Assembly (NCBI GenBank): GCA_023231475.1
Contig: JALJEE010002927.1
Span: 1-51,720 of the forward strand
Origin: Seison nebaliae
Taxonomy: Eukaryota
Direction of reading: 5' to 3'
DNA: 51,720 nt
The notes under the pieces were generated by a model, which worked only from the letters and a program-made list of their open reading frames with translations, was not told the origin of the DNA and searched no databases. Made by a program: the position numbers and the translations under genes. Position 1 is the first letter of the stretch; every line of letters starts with the position of its first letter. Of this stretch, positions 11,443-31,500 are shown in pieces.

Positions 11443-12892
11443 TCATTTTAATCTCAAATGTAAATCGTTTAATGCATTCATCGAATTGTAATGACGACTA
11501 ATCGATTGAGATGAAATTGGAACGGTTTCGTAATTCTTCGAATAATTCTCATTTGATTTGATGCCACAATTGTTGAAGATGAAGAATTTGTTTGACAGAT
11601 TCTTCATTGTATTCCGTTTTCCTAATCGATTAACATTTATCTCATGATCGAAATCGAGTGGAGTGATATATGATTTATCATTCAATTGACGAATGTCTTG
11701 ATGGGAAGTAGATGTAAGACGTCTGGATGAGTCGTTGACACCTATATGGACGTTATATCGATTGATGGTGTCAATAAGCTTCTGTCGAGAAGAGTTCCTT
11801 CGAGGAATGACGACTGGTTGGTCGTCGATATTGGAATTGTCTTCTCTTGACTGATTCAAATGGATTCTCTGGGTAGAATTTGGAGGATGTTGGAGTTGTT
11901 GATCGTCGTGTGGTGGCGGACGAGATCTGTCGTCGCTCAGTCCTGTCTGTTGGCGAGGATAGAATATATTTCCATTTGTTTGTGTATCGTTTAGACGTAT
12001 TGGTTGTTGATCGTTTTCGTCGTTCAATATTATTGATGGCATTCGTCCGAAGTCGATATGCTCGATTGCTTCTGATATTTGAGAGGAATCCGGATGACGA
12101 CACGACACATTCCCGTGTTCCATCTGAGTATAAGTGTTGGAGTTTCGGTCGTTCACGAGATATGGATGATCGTCTTCGATAATATTCAAATGTTGGACGG
12201 TTCGTTCGGCATCGAGGCGAGGTGTAATCTTCACAGGATTTTTCGTTGGGATGGATCGATTGGAGTTTTGTTCTACTTCGTGACTTCTTCGGCGTATGGC
12301 TCGTTTGTTTGGATATAATAATGTTGTCGTAGTCGACATGTCCTTGTGGTAGATGGAAGGGAAATTGCGATCTACTGTTGTGGTTCTTGGTCGATTTGAT
12401 GGTTCGTTTACTAAATTCTGGTTTTCGTTGTTCCTCGATGCGATATGTCTAATTGGAAGAAAGTATTAGTGGAATATGAAATTTATTGTGAATTTTCAAG
12501 TTTTTCTTCCTATTCCTATTTTAGTTCTTTTCCTTATTATTCCTTTTGTAATTATGAGAATTTGTAAAAGAAGAAGAAGTGTTTTGTCAAGAAGTGAAGA
12601 AGAAGATAATGGAAAAAATTCTAATATTTTGAAAGCGAATGTAAAATGAAGCGATCGACATAAGTAAATGTTAAATGTAAATACATTGTGTCCATCATTC
12701 AGACGTCATTCATCATTTATTTAGTTAAGTTTCCAACTAGTCATACCAGGTCGACAACATCACAAGAAGTATTATTATACGTTGACATGTTACCGTGTTA
12801 AGTTAAGGAGGAAGAATATGAAGGAAAGACTAACGATCGTCGAAACGCCAATGGATTGGAGTTGCTTGCGAATTCATTTGATTTGGCTTCAT
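11443..12892 (-). CDS. Low-complexity coding exons (12835-12892 and 11443-12448), possibly the distal C-terminus of TTBK or a separate orphan gene
   Basis: The 298-aa ORF stays open upstream to an acceptor (TTCCAATTAG at 12449). A 58-nt exon with a GTTAGT donor supplies the matching phase 2, and a phase-1 GTTTAG donor at 13326 would link to the 13.3-13.9 kb exon. Confidence 0.45.
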
Positions 12893-13267
12893 CTACATAG
12901 TTGAAGGATTGGATTGGGGGGATGGGCAGGATGGAAAAGGAATATGAAAGAAATGGAAAACAATCAGTCATGCACCAATATCATGAAGTTAATCAGAGAA
13001 AGCTATTAAATCTTATCATTCATTGTGGAGAGACATTCTGATGCACCACTCTAGAAAACTGCAGTCTCGTTAATCGGAAATTTGTTGGAATGGATCGACT
13101 GCAAATTTTGAGAAGGAAAATAAGCGAAGTGTTCGAGATTAGAATAATTGAGAGATGCATTGAGAGAATAATTACCAGTTGCAATTGGTATTTAGGAGGA
13201 TGATAGAAAGATGGAAATAAGATGGACAAGAAATGATAGAGAGAGATTATATTGAAATGATAAATAA

Positions 13268-16200
13268 TTAGGACTTTGTAGCAGGAATCGGAGTGGAAGC
13301 AGTCGATACAGCATTCTGAACTAAACCTGACTGCTGATGACATTGTGTCGTCGTATACATAGTCCCTTTCATTCTTCGTAAAAATCTGCCAACCCCTGAA
13401 GTAGATGAATTATCTGTTGTTGTTGTTGTTGGATTTGACGTGTCTTTTGTCTTTAATTTCGGTTTCAAATAAGAATGTGAAAATCCGAATAAATGAGTAT
13501 TAATCGATTTATTAGAATGTTCATTCGAATGTCCTTTGAACTTTCCACTCATCGACGAATTCTTCTTGTTGTTGTTGTTGTTGTTGTGTGATCCATTTAT
13601 ATTGGAATTTGCATTATTGTGTAAGATGTCATTGTTCAAATCTTTCTTCTCTTTCACAAACGAATTGAAAAGTGAAGAGGATGGAGGAATGATATTCGAT
13701 CTGGAAATCCTTCCACAAATCATATTCTCGTCATTCGTCAAAAAGTTGTTTAGTTGACGCATCTTAGATGATGATGAATTGACACCAAGAGATGCAATCG
13801 AACTACGTAAAAGACCGTTATCATTATCGTTCTTTGATTTGATATCCTCACTACTCTCCAAACAATTCACTGGAGAATTGTGATTGTCTCCGTAGAAGTT
13901 TGACCGCAAATTGTGAATAGAATTGGGCTGTTCGATTAGAAAAATATAAAAGACATTTAGTTCTAAACGACATAGAAAGATTTGAATTGATTGAATTGGT
14001 TAATCTTTTTAAAGCAAAGTAGCTCGTTAAGGAGATGTGTCCGGGAAGAAAACCGGTGACATGGAAAAGACAAATCATCAATTTTAGTATTAAAAAAAAT
14101 CAATTTTATGGAGACCTGTAACAAAACTAAAATTGTCTCTATTAGTGTTAGTGATATCTAGATGATAAGAGGACTAAGAAAGAAAAAGGGTAAAAAAAGT
14201 AGATTGTGGATATCAACGACTGAACTTAACAAGTGTTGATATCATCTCCAAACATCCATGAGAGATTAATGAGAATGATGACAAACATGATGGAAATGGA
14301 GAGAATGATTATACGAACATGCTGCATATATCTGTTATTAAAACGGTTATCAATTGTTAATCGTGAGTTCGTAAGATAATCCTTCTGCTTACTAGAATTA
14401 TCTGAATATCTACTGTGATTACTGCTGCCCTCGTAATTCGAACCATTATGATTCCTGTTAATCAATTTCATATCATTCTTCTCATAGAGATGTAAAGAAT
14501 TATTGTAATTATTTGATGTTAACTGATATCCCGTTCCCAAAAGAGAACAATCATTATGTTTCTTCTCATTCATCGACCAATTAGCGTTAGAATTGGAGGA
14601 ATTAAACGAGTTCCGTCGTTGAATTAATTTGTTATTGAGAAATCTATGACTATTGTTCCGTTGTGACAGATAGGATAATGGTGATGACGACGACGACGAA
14701 GAAGAAGATGAAAATGAAGAGACTGAAGACGTCGATAATGACATTGATGAGGAAGAAGAGACGAATGAAGATGGAGACTTCATCACACTTTTTAACAGGT
14801 CGTTATGTTTAAGATTAAATGTCTGATGGAAATCATCATTCAGTTTCATCTCGTCGTTCGTATGAGAAGAACAATTTTTAATTATGTTAGGACTAGTCCG
14901 ATTATGATTAGAAGTATTTTTAGATTCTAAGAAAAAATCTCCTACCATCGACGAATTGGTGGTATGAGTATTGTTGGGATCGTTAATGGATTGACTGGAA
15001 CCTTTATGGAATTTTTGAATAAACGAATAATTAATAGGAATATTCCGTTCGTTCGATGACGAATATTCATTGTTGCAATTAGGAGAAGTGTCACTTTTCA
15101 ATTGTTCATGAGATTTCTGGTTGAAGAATGAGACGATATTCTCTTCTTTCTCCTCCTCCTCCTTAATCTTCTCAAATCGATGATAATATGAATAATTATT
15201 ATTCGGTTGATGATTTTTCATATCATCAGAATCATCTTTTCGTTTATTCACTTTATCCGAATCATGATTATTATTGTTTATATTACTGTTATTAATGTTA
15301 TTCCGATACCACATATTGACGGAATTCTTTATATTATCTGTCAAATGAACATCATTCATCAATAATTGATATTGTTTCTTTGAGAACCGTTGTTCATTAT
15401 TCAAAGAGACCATCTGTTCTTGACTTGATGCTTCATCTCGTTCATTCGATAATTCAGTGTCATCAACCAATTTAATATTATCTAAAGCGTCATAAGAATA
15501 AGAAAGAAATTTTGATTTATTTAAACAATTTCTATTCATCTTGTTCGATTGACTAATTAGTCGAGCTTCGGGTGGAATAACATTATAAAATTTATCATTA
15601 CATCCTGATGTATTCGAATTGAATTGTTGCTGATTATTCTCCATAAGGAAACTGGAAGAATCAGTCGAGTATTCCGTTTTATCCAAATGTTGTTGTTGTG
15701 GTTGATTTGTAGTATAATTATGATGATCATTAATTAATGAATAAGTATTAGGTAAGATCGATTGACTTTTATCTTGATGATTACGATTATCTTCACAATT
15801 TCCACTTTGATCGACTGACATCGCCGATCTGATACGATTGGAAGAGTTCTGATGATTCTTGTTCGACATTCCATGATTATGATGACGATGGTGTTGATGA
15901 TATCGATCATTCGTATTAACTTTCTGATTCCGTTTATCATAGTTCATGAACGATGCAACTGAATTGGTGAATAATGATTTATTTTTACTCTTATTATATT
16001 TCTCGTTCAATTTCGTCTGGAAATCAATATTACTATTCAATCGATTATTGTTGTTGTTATTGTTACGGTTGTTGGGGACGGATGGTGGATTATAAGGATG
16101 TGAAACTTTATTGATTTTGGCATAAATCGAAGTATTTCTTTGTAAATCTTTTTCTTCTAATTGAGAATTACTCAATTTCATATCAGCTGATGTTGTCATC

Positions 16201-16394
16201 GATTTGTTGAGTAGGAGGGATGATGATGGTAATTGATGATAATGATATGGTATGAATCGTTTGTTATTCTTAATTCCATTTTCACATAAATTATTCGTAT
16301 TAAACACATGTATGAGATTATCGACAGAGTTCTCGCGTTTCAAGACGGAGGAATTGAAACGATTTTTCGAAATTCCACAAATGTTGTTATTCAT
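13268..16394 (-). CDS. N/S-rich coding exons (14319-16394, 13268-13927), probably the continuation of the TTBK tail
   Basis: The 722-aa ORF starts directly after CTCTTCAG (acceptor, phase 0). It has a phase-0 GTTCGT donor at 14318 just before a hydrophobic intron-like read-through. An acceptor GAACAG at 13928 continues in frame into the 213-aa ORF. Composition matches the TTBK tail. Confidence 0.6.
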
Positions 16395-16960
16395 CTGAAG
16401 AGATGATATAAGAAGCGGTAATAAGAAGCAGTTGATAGAATAGAAATGAAGAAAGATTAGAATAAGGGACGGAAGATAAAATTTTTTCTCTGGTAGAAAT
16501 CACCTGTGGATGATTTGATGAAGGATGATAATATCTCGTCATGAGATAAATATAGAAAATTATGGAAATATTATCAATAAAAGAGAATACATTAAAAAGA
16601 AGAAACAATTGAAGAAATGGAAAGAAGTAACGATGAAAAAATGGAAAAAAGAAGAAGTAAAAAGAAAAATTAAAGAATTCAGTTTTTCTATCAGAAATCT
16701 CTTGAGTAGTATTCATCTCTCCTGACAATATATATAGTTCAGTGAAGTGTGATGGCGATCGGATAATGTTATTTACTTTATGTTAATCTAGATAGATGTG
16801 CGAATGAATGAAAGATGCATTTGAATAGATAAATATTTGAAAGAATGAAAGAAGATAATAAATAAGAAAAATGGATAACAATATTAGTGTAGAGAAAGTA
16901 GGAACAGTTGATTTGTTAATATTATAACTTATTTACTTAAAAATCATTGGAAAAGGAATG

Positions 16961-17023
16961 GATGTGTGAGTAGTAGTAGAATGTGTGTGCTTGTGCGTGT
17001 AGATGTGTGTGTAAATGTGTGTG
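16961..17023. repeat. Imperfect (TG)n/(TAG)n microsatellite
   Basis: gatgtgtgagtagtagtagaatgtgtgtgcttgtgcgtgtagatgtgtgtgtaaatgtgtgtg. Confidence 0.7.
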
Positions 17024-17098
17024 AAAAAAACTATGAATCTTCGTTTTGGTCTTATTCGTCTCCTATTTGTGTCTTTTTTAGAATAAGTTAAACTTCAA

Positions 17099-21412
<4,314 letters not shown>

Positions 21413-24400
21413 ACCTGAATAATAAAATGAGAAGGATGAAAGAGATTGGAAGAGAATTTGAACTTTTCAACTTCTGAAATGATTGAGTACTAAATGAGAA
21501 TTGAGACAAATATTAGACATAAGGATGCTTTAAATGTGAATTAGATGCAAGAGTTGTATCAAGATTGATTAATAATAAGTTGTTCGAATCGAATTCAATT
21601 ATTGTAATTCATCAGACCGATGAAAAGAGTTAGATAGATATCTAATCGTTTTCCGATTAATTTCTCCAAATACGAAACATAATTTTTGATATTTACACAG
21701 ACAATTGCAGGAGAATGATATTAGATAAATATATATGTGAGTGTGTTTAGAGAGGGAGTAATAGATATTATTGAGATTTGTAAGTGAATGGAAATTGAAA
21801 TAATTTTGACCGTTTGATAATAAAATATCGTAACTTTTCCGTTATAGATTGATTGATGAGAAATGATTTATCATATTAATAATAATAATAATAATAAACG
21901 GAATTATACTTCTTATAATTAATTTTTTCTCTTTTTCGTTTGTTGAATGAAAAGAACAATATCAATAACAGTAATTCCAACAGTTGACGACTGAGAGAAT
22001 TAGATTAAATAATTATTTGGATATTGTTTACAAAATAATCGGTTGTCCATTCGCTATTCTTCCAATAGTTTCTCTACAAAATTATTTTTTCTTTTGATGA
22101 TATTGATATACACACAAACACTCGAGAATATTCTGATCGATAAGTCATACACATAAGTTACACACTCATCTTCACATCGTGTTTTAATATCTGATTTTAA
22201 TGAAACGTTTCGAGAAAATGAGATTAAAAAAATTTGAAAAAAGTTTTGAAATGGAAGAGAATAATTACCTGGAAAGACAAGAATAGGATATGAGACAAAA
22301 GTAAGAAGAGAGAGTCCTCACTCCAATATGTGTCCGAGATGGAGAAGAGTTGCAACAAACCTTCCAATATTTAGGTAGTTCTTCCCAATATCTATCTCGT
22401 TGGAATGGGCTTTTTTAAACAAATGTGACGTTCGTTTTCACGAGGAGATGATAGATACTAAACTGACAGAAAACTAAAGTCGTACGAAAATGAAAAAAAT
22501 TTTTAAATTAACTGATATGAATTTTACCTAACTTCAGTTGGAAAATCATTCATAAATTTATAAATGGAATTCTATTTGATTTCCAATTGAAAAATGGAGA
22601 AAGTAAAGCAAAATGGAAAACTGTCTTTCTTACTTCGCTTAAAGAACATCACATAACTGCTCTCTCAGATGAGAAGATTCACATCACAATCTCCAACTGG
22701 ACTCCAACCATTCGAATCATCAATTTACAAGAAATTCATTTCGAACTGACTAAAACAAAACGTTCACAGTGGAATCATAATATTGATGATTTTCTACCGA
22801 TTGATCATTATTCTCGAATATCGATCAGTTAATTTCTTTAAGAAATGATTTTCTGGGAATTATGAGAGAAATGAGGAGAGGTAAATGTGAAAGAGTAAAC
22901 TAGTCGATGAATTGACATGTGCGAAAGATAAGTATATGATGACTGAGAACCATATAGTATGAAGTAGATGGTGATAATGAGAGTGAAGAAGTGACTGAAG
23001 AAAATCTCTAAGTAAACAAATAGGAATGATTGCGGTAGTTTGACCTCGCCAAATTTCCACCTTTCATTCTACAAACGACTCATTCAGTCAAAAGAAGCTT
23101 CCTGTTGTCGTCAGATCGAAATATCGAACGACAGTTCCAAAAAAGATTTCCTCTTCTGAATTAAATCACAAAAAATTTTTTACCGATTCTTTGAATAAGT
23201 TTGTCTAAAAATTTACTTAAAAAAAAGAGTCTGGGCGAAAGTTTGAGGAGAAAGATATTGAGCAACGATTATTATTCATAAAAAAATGAAAATGAAAAAT
23301 ATGAAAAGCACCAGGAGAATATTTCGTCTATTGAAATGGAAGATCGGAAAAAAATGAAAATTCCATTAGATGGAATGACAAATGAAGTGTGTTACAGAAC
23401 AGTTGTTCCTTTAATCCGTCATAATTGTAAAACACTCCAATAAATGGGGGTGCGATTCTCCACATCGATTCCTATCATAGAATGAACATTATCCATGAAA
23501 AATCAGATTTTCTAGAAAATTATTGGAAATATTCAAAGAGAGAATCGATTCATCACTGGGGAATTGAGTGGAATTGTTATTGGAATTGATATAACTTTGA
23601 ATTGGGGGAGGATGGAAAGAAAAAGTTGTATGGTTCTCGTCGTTTTCGTTGGACGTTCTTTATCTTTCAACAAACAAGACGAGAACATCATAATTAAATA
23701 AAATAAATAAAGTCCCAATATCTCGTCATTAGATGGAGAAGACAAAGGAGAATAAAAGAGAATTAAACATAATTTTCTTCTTGTTTGTCTTTCGATGCTA
23801 TCCGTATTAATATGTTCCAAATATTCTCGTCGATTAAGTTCTTGGATATTTGAAGAAACAGAAATGGTCGAGTCACCATAATGGAATGGGGATGGGTGAC
23901 TGATATTCAGCGAACAAATAGAATATTTCAACATTTTATGTACATAAATAATAGAGAGAATTTCGCGAATGTTTTCGACTTATGGATTTAGATGATCATT
24001 GTTATTAGCCATATGACTCTGTTGTTCATTTTAGTTGATGATGAAAAGTTGGGAATGTCTTGAACGAAAACTGAAACTAGAAGTTCTTCCCTTTGATTAC
24101 ATAAGAAAGGAGGGAGGAAGAGGAGGGAGGAGACGTTGTGAAGAAAGGATGGAGGGAATATGTTCTTTTCTATTCATCTTTCCGAATAATCGTCAGTAAC
24201 CAAAATAATCAATAATTATTGGAGGAGAAAGAAAGAAATAAACTACTTAGCGTGATGAAAGTGTTGATATAATTATATGAACATGTCTATAATTAGATAG
24301 GATGAATAGTTGTAGTTGAGGAGCAGTGTGAATATGAACAAAAAATATAATGAATGATAATTGTTAATATTCTCTTTGATTATTATTATTTTCAGTATTA

Positions 24401-27400
24401 TGTAATTGATGGAGTATGATGATAATGACGATGATGATGACGAGGGAAATTCAAATAAGTCTAAAATATTTCGATTCAACAATATAGTCTCCTAATCATT
24501 TTGGGTGGTGATAGTAAGTTTCAGATAAGAGATAATAGATGCATCATTTCAGATTAGTGAGAAGTATATCATTCAGCTCTAATGAGAGAGATATTCGAGT
24601 TGTACAATTTCTGAGATTTATGGCTTTCTCCCACCGAACGACCATGGATCTCATAGACACAGTAATAATTTTGTTTCATACCTTCACGCTATTGTTTGTA
24701 TAAGTTGTTCAAGATAAAATGGATTAACAAATAGACTGTCTCTCCATCTTCATCGAATTAGATAACGAATAAACTTCTCCTTTTCTTCGTCTTCTTCCAT
24801 TCAACATTCCATCGACTAACTTACCCGATAGGTACGAGAAATATGTCTGATAAATTCAATAGAAAGATAAATTCTCAACGACTCTTCTCCGATATCAGCG
24901 ACAATTGGAGACGAGAGAAGATATAGTAAGGATAAATACTTCTCGCACCGAGAGAAGATATCATAATACATAAGTATTTCTTATGACGAGAGAATCAACG
25001 GAATTTTTGCATCGTCGTATAATCAATTTATTCGAATTTGATTTCGATCATCTGATTCGACACGAAATGTTGGCGGGAAATGAACCTACCTCACACTTAA
25101 AATTATGTTACCTCTCTCCTCTCTCTTGTTGTCAATGGCAACGTCATGTAATAAGAAAATATAAGAATGGAACTTCATTTGATTTTCTTTGAAAGAATTT
25201 GTGATTCATCATTCCTTTTACTCTCATTCCTCTACATTCCACACGTATTTCATACACATGAAAATTAAGTAAATAAATTGAACAACAAATAACATTCGTC
25301 TCCAGATACACGACATTAGACGAACGAAATAAATAATGACGAAATCAAATGATACCGTCATTATCAAATCTTTCTTTCTGACTCTTGTTCTTCTAAAGTT
25401 TATTCTTTCTTTCTTTCTTTATGAAATGAACGAAAATATTTCATATGTATTACGGAACCGATTAAATCATATTAACTACACTAAACAGTTAATAAACAGA
25501 AGTAGAATCGATGTACAACATTTTCAGTCACGGAAGACTCGAAGAGGAAAACATAAGGAATAATAACTACATTTGTTAAGAAGAAACATCTCATCCACTT
25601 CAATTCGAATGTTGAGATATTTCTACTTTCCCTTTAAAAAAAACCATCATATCAAAAGTTGACCATTTAATATGAATAAAACCGTATATCCGAAAGATAA
25701 CCGTCCGTCCGTCTAAATGACGAATATTAATAAGAGAACAATTTCAGAATAAGAGAATAAATCAGAAAGATCGACTGTCGACTCACCCGGCCATCGATGG
25801 TAGAGATGGGAATAAATTTGAAATGAACATAAGGAATGTTGAAATATTTATCCGTCAGTTGAAGGAATCGAGGAAACATTTCAGATGAGTTTGGGAGGAA
25901 TGAACGCGAAATGATTGAAATAATCAGGAACAGAAGTTCATTTGGAAGATGAGACGACAGAAGAAATATCCTTTTCGTCCATTCATCAGAAGATGAATTA
26001 ATGAGATAATTGAATGGTCCCACTGAGAAAGAAAATCTGATCCGTTTCCGACAATCGTTCTCACCCCATATATCGCTTTCGTGGAGAAAAGGCCAGCGGC
26101 CATCTCTTTTCTTGGAAGAAGAAAAACAATTAATTATTTCTTCTTATTATGCAAACGACACAATTCAATTAATTCCGATTTCTCCCGTACTGATTGAATT
26201 CCAAGAGAATATTTTCGTACATACTTGACCTCAATTTATGTTAATCAGAGAAACATAATGATCGATAAGGAAAATGATAATCGATTTGCCGGAAGGGTGT
26301 ACGGAGAAAACTTTTGAAAAATATTCAAATTAATCATTTTCCATTAACTCTACATTCCAACTTTTCATCACACAATTCCAAGAAGAAATAATTCGTAAAA
26401 TATTCGGAGAAATGACAGAAAGATGTCATCATAATAAATGACAACAATCCTCCTCCGACATATTCTCAACATGAGTCGAGAGCGATCTTGGTTGGGATGA
26501 GAATGATCAGAATAACGACAATTTCCCGAAAGAAAAAATGACATTGGTGGAAATGGCAGTGAATGACAGCGAGAAAAAGAAGAGTGTTCAATTTCATTTA
26601 TTGTTGCAGAATGAGAAAGATTTATAAATTTGAATAAATATCCACTTATTCGATTGTAATGAGAGACTGATATATTTATAAATGAACAATAAATGAATGT
26701 TTGCATATTCTCTTCGGAAAATTTTATTTATGATCAAATCGATACACTTAATCTGAATTCCATTCCCTTCCAGTCTGACAGATGAAGGAAATGGAAAACA
26801 ACAAATTTACACAATTACATTTAACGGGCAATCTACTAACCGGATAGTGTATAATACTAGAAATAATAACAACAATAATGTGGAGTTGTTGTTGAGAAGT
26901 TTATCAAATTAGAATGAAAATTGATTGCAAAAAATTGGAAAAGGAGGCAACCTGTTTTTATCAGTTTGTCTCGACTCCGACCAACAAAGTAAATAATAAA
27001 TTTGTTAAATTTCTTCATTTACCATTTCTCCTCCAGACGACTGGTAATAATGATACGTCTTCTCCAATTTCCTTCTCACCTTGACATTCAGATATATTCT
27101 AAATAATTACATTGAACGTCAGTTCAGTTCCATATTAACACAATTGTTATCGAGTGAAATTCGGTAGTTAATAACGACGGTAATTTCCCAATAAGAAATT
27201 GGAGAAAGGAGGAAGAAGACATTTTAAACAAATAAAGGAAATTCACCTCCCGCTCCCAAAACCCGAAAATTGAAGTGATGATGAGAGTGAAATCTATATT
27301 CTCCACAACAATCTCCATATGTCGTGTACATGTGCGGAAGAAGAAGAATGAATGGAGTATGGAAGAATCGTGAGAAATAATGGAAAATTCTTGAAAATAC

Positions 27401-28487
27401 TTCATCGGATAGTTCTGCTCTAACTCACGGAGAAGTTGTTTTGGAGAAATATTCAATGATGAGAACGAACTCGCCTCCAATCACATGACAACGGAAATTG
27501 TTTGGGATCATTATTAAATTATTATTCGTCCCATCAATTCGCGAGATTTGTTCTTTTTGATGAAATTTGTTCCGTAACTACATCTTAATTTCTCCCAAAA
27601 TACAATATGGAAATGTGATGAAGTAAAAAAAGAAGAAGAGGCAAATCTCTGAAGTCTTACACGTAACGAATGAATCATTCGTAACTGATGAAACAAAGAG
27701 AAAGACGAGAACAATGTAAACGTTCGCATCTCAACCTGAATTTCCCATTAAATTTATCGATTTTGTTCATTCAATGAATCATTCAATTTGAAATTTCTAA
27801 ATTATCGATATGTCTCATCCGAATCTTTTATAATGTTATGAAATAGAGCTGTATCGTGCGTCTGTCTTCAACCAGTCACACAAATAGATATCTAAACGAA
27901 GAGATGAAAGCACGGATGGATCGATAATGGATAAGGATAGTTGATTAGAAAACGGAAATAGCAAATTATTATTTCGATCAAGAAACACATGTTCCCCCAT
28001 CAAAGTTGTAATTGTGCAGTGGTAATTGAGGAGAATAGAACGACGATAAAATTAAATAAGTGATCGTTCGATATCGGAGAAACTAATTTGTAAACAATAA
28101 AAATTACGAATTCCTTCAAATGATCACCGATTAGAAATAGTTAAAACTTTCGGATAAATAACGGAATGAAACTTAATAAATTTCCCATAAATTACTGAAA
28201 TTCGATTTCCTCCTCAATTCTTCTCTCGTTCATCAATCCTCTCACGATTAACAACTTGAGATTAACGTCTTACAAAAAAAAATTATATCTAATCAAAATT
28301 TATCTTTTGTTGAATATGGAAAATTGTTTGAAGTCCAATATCAAACTGATACTAAATGATGAGATCGTTTAACCTTCTTGTTGCTATTGTCAACGGGAAA
28401 TTTCATAAAGAATTCTCATTGATCCGTTACATATTGTTTCATTAATCTATTTTGATTATGATTAATTCAATTAATAACAAAAAAATC

Positions 28488-28501
28488 GTTGCCATGACAA
28501 C
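28488..28501. promoter_or_regulatory. RFX X-box motif
   Basis: GTTGCCATGACAAC is 13/14 identical to the palindromic X-box GTTGCCATGGCAAC. A second X-box-like site, GTTGCTATTGTCAAC, is at 28380-28394. Confidence 0.55.
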
Positions 28502-31500
28502 ATCCACATGAGAATAAACATCTACAAATTTAGTATCTGAAAATTAGAAATGATTCGGATAGAAGAAGAATGGAATGGTAAAATTGAGAATGGAAGAAAC
28601 AGATCAATAATTGATAAAAAGAAAAGAATTAACTCGTTGCATAATACTTCTCAGCATTTCCTTAAAAACAACTAGTTTCCTCACAAATACATGTATAATT
28701 TGCGTTTGATTGCCTCCAATCGAATGATATGTACAGTAGTAGGTCTATAAGCAATTTCAACCCATTTAGCATGATGAAATGATGCGGAAATTCTTTATGA
28801 TTCCAAATTATGAACAGTTACATTAGAACCATCAATTATGGTCTAACCAGTCGTTATCAGCACTGTTCAATAAGAAAAACAATATTGATGATATCAGGCC
28901 CTCTTATCACAAACGATTAATTGATTGAGAACATATCATTCATCATATATCTACTATTTATAATTTGAAAATTGATTTAATTCCCTTAATTCATTTCGAA
29001 TGATATAACCATCAAAATGTCAGATATAATTTGGAGGGGAGAAGTTCCCATTGGAAAAGAATTACTTATTAAAATTTTCATAAACACTTCAATATATTTC
29101 AATTGGGTTTAGTTGCATAAGGTTTTCTTCACGGATGTTAAGTTGATTATGAGAATTGAAGAATATTTTTATTCAGTCAATTTCTTCCCATGTCTGAATG
29201 TGGAAGTGGCAGTCGGCTTCGTACGGCAGTGCAAAGTACATGGGACATAGAGAGCGAATAGTTTGCATTCATCAACATCACACATGTAAAAGTTATCAAA
29301 TAATAATAATAAAAAAAGAAAGAGAATGTTATTGAAATTCGAATTGATATAAATTTTTCCAATTCGGCATATGTAGGTGGAGGGGAGGACGTCATGTCTC
29401 TAATGTTTCAGCTGTTGTGCAATTGTAGCGACCGAACCACTTCACGTCTTCATCAAACGAAGAACAAGACGGATAGGAACGAACAATAAAATGAATGTGT
29501 TGAATATAATAGGAATATAATGAGTATCTCTATGACATCATATTATTACAATTTGGGGGAAAGATTCGGAAGCAATGCGGAAAAGAAATAAATGTTTGAA
29601 ATGTTCTTGTTGAATTCATAAAAATTTAGATGGATAAAACTTGTCAGTTGAGAGAAGAGTGTGTGATGAATTTCAGAAGGAACGGAAGAAGACAAAGCGC
29701 ATCAACAGTTCATTTCAACTTTCAAATGATTTAATGCAAATACTCAATGTCCGATCATGAATGTCAATAAGATAATCGAATTAAATGAAGTGTCATCGAA
29801 TAATTGAGAGTAAAGCAAATGGGGATGAACGTATTAGCGTCTTCGTTTGAAATTGAACTAATCTTCATAATTTTGTCTTCAGTCACTCTGGCAAGAAAGA
29901 AGAATTCTTAAATTAGTAAAAGCAAACATGACGATGTTAATAATATTCACATAATATTCGAACAAAAGATGAGAAGAGGACGATCAAAATATACATGCGA
30001 AAATTGATATATTCCTTTCTCATTATTCTTAATGTTTTTCTTCTTCTTGTCGTTATTGACGTGAAAGAATTAATGAGCTTCTTTCACCATCACTAAGCAA
30101 GCCGGTTGTTGTTTAGTGGTTGAACGATTCGTCAGATAATGTAGACCTCAGAAACAGGAAAATGAGATATGAATTTCAATTGATTTTCCTTTTTTTCAAA
30201 AGAATCGATCAAATGAATAATGAAATTCATTCATTCTTGATCACATTCGACACACCACAACCATTCAATAACAATAGAATTAGATTGTAATGTAATTGAA
30301 TTCATTTTGAAAGTTTCTTCGCCAAAACAACCAAAAAGGAAGACATCACAGTTGCTACTTAAGTTTGTACACGATTATTTATAAAAACAAATGAATACAA
30401 TTTCCTTCCTTTCTTTTTCCGATACACTTATATTTCCTCGTCGGCTTTCCGCAAATTATTGATTTAATCATCTCTCTTCAGACGATGGCTGATGGCAAAT
30501 AAAAGAACCAGAAGATGAGCATTCTTATCTGTTCGATTCCTTCTCGTCCTTTTGGGGAGGAAGTCAAGGACTCACTTTTCCACATACACTCATCAATGAA
30601 ATATGATGAAATTTGAAGTTTTTTTTCATTCTCCTCCTGTTTTCCTTCTTCCTCTTCCCCCTTGTTCTCAAAAGTGTTAGAATAATTATATTTTCCCATT
30701 ATTCTCCATCCAAATCGACCAAATTACATTCGATCATCATTATTCATTCACTCATCCATTTCATTCATTCATTGACATTAGAATTCATCGAAAAAAACAA
30801 TATATCAATACGCCATAAAATACACCGTACTTATCGACAACAACGACGGGAGAGATAGTAAATTTGATTCCTATCGACAGGAGAGTAGATATTGATGTAG
30901 ATTAGTGTAATGTGATTCCCTTCAATGAAATTGGAAGAGAATTGCTTTCATCACAACCGATTATCAATTCAATCATCTTCAGGTTTTATTGATCTTAATA
31001 AAAAGTTCGTAATAGTTTCTTTTCGGTGAAATTATTCATTAGGAGAAAAAAAAAAATCATACTTCTCCACCTTTCCTTCTTTTACACGTTCGAACGTAAC
31101 GAAAGTAAATAATTCTCTTCTAAAAAAAGAACAATATTCTCGATATTAGAACGATCATATGATGTAACAACATTCAGTTCATTGTCATATTCTCCACTGT
31201 TTTACCTTGAATAACAGAATTATGATATAATTCGAATGATTTCCCTTCTCTGTCAATCGACTTCTTCACCAAATGATCCGTTTAAGAGAATGATGGTTGA
31301 CGGAGAAGAAAACGGAAATTGGGAAAGAGTAAAATCAGTTAGAACAGTCATTCCTATGACAACTAAATGAGGAGAATTAATGTGACAATTCAACTAGTCA
31401 AGCTAGCAGGAACGGAATTTAATAAATCTAAGGAATCCGTGAAAAAACCGTCAGAATGGAATCGAATATTATAATACTCCATATATATATTGATATCATG

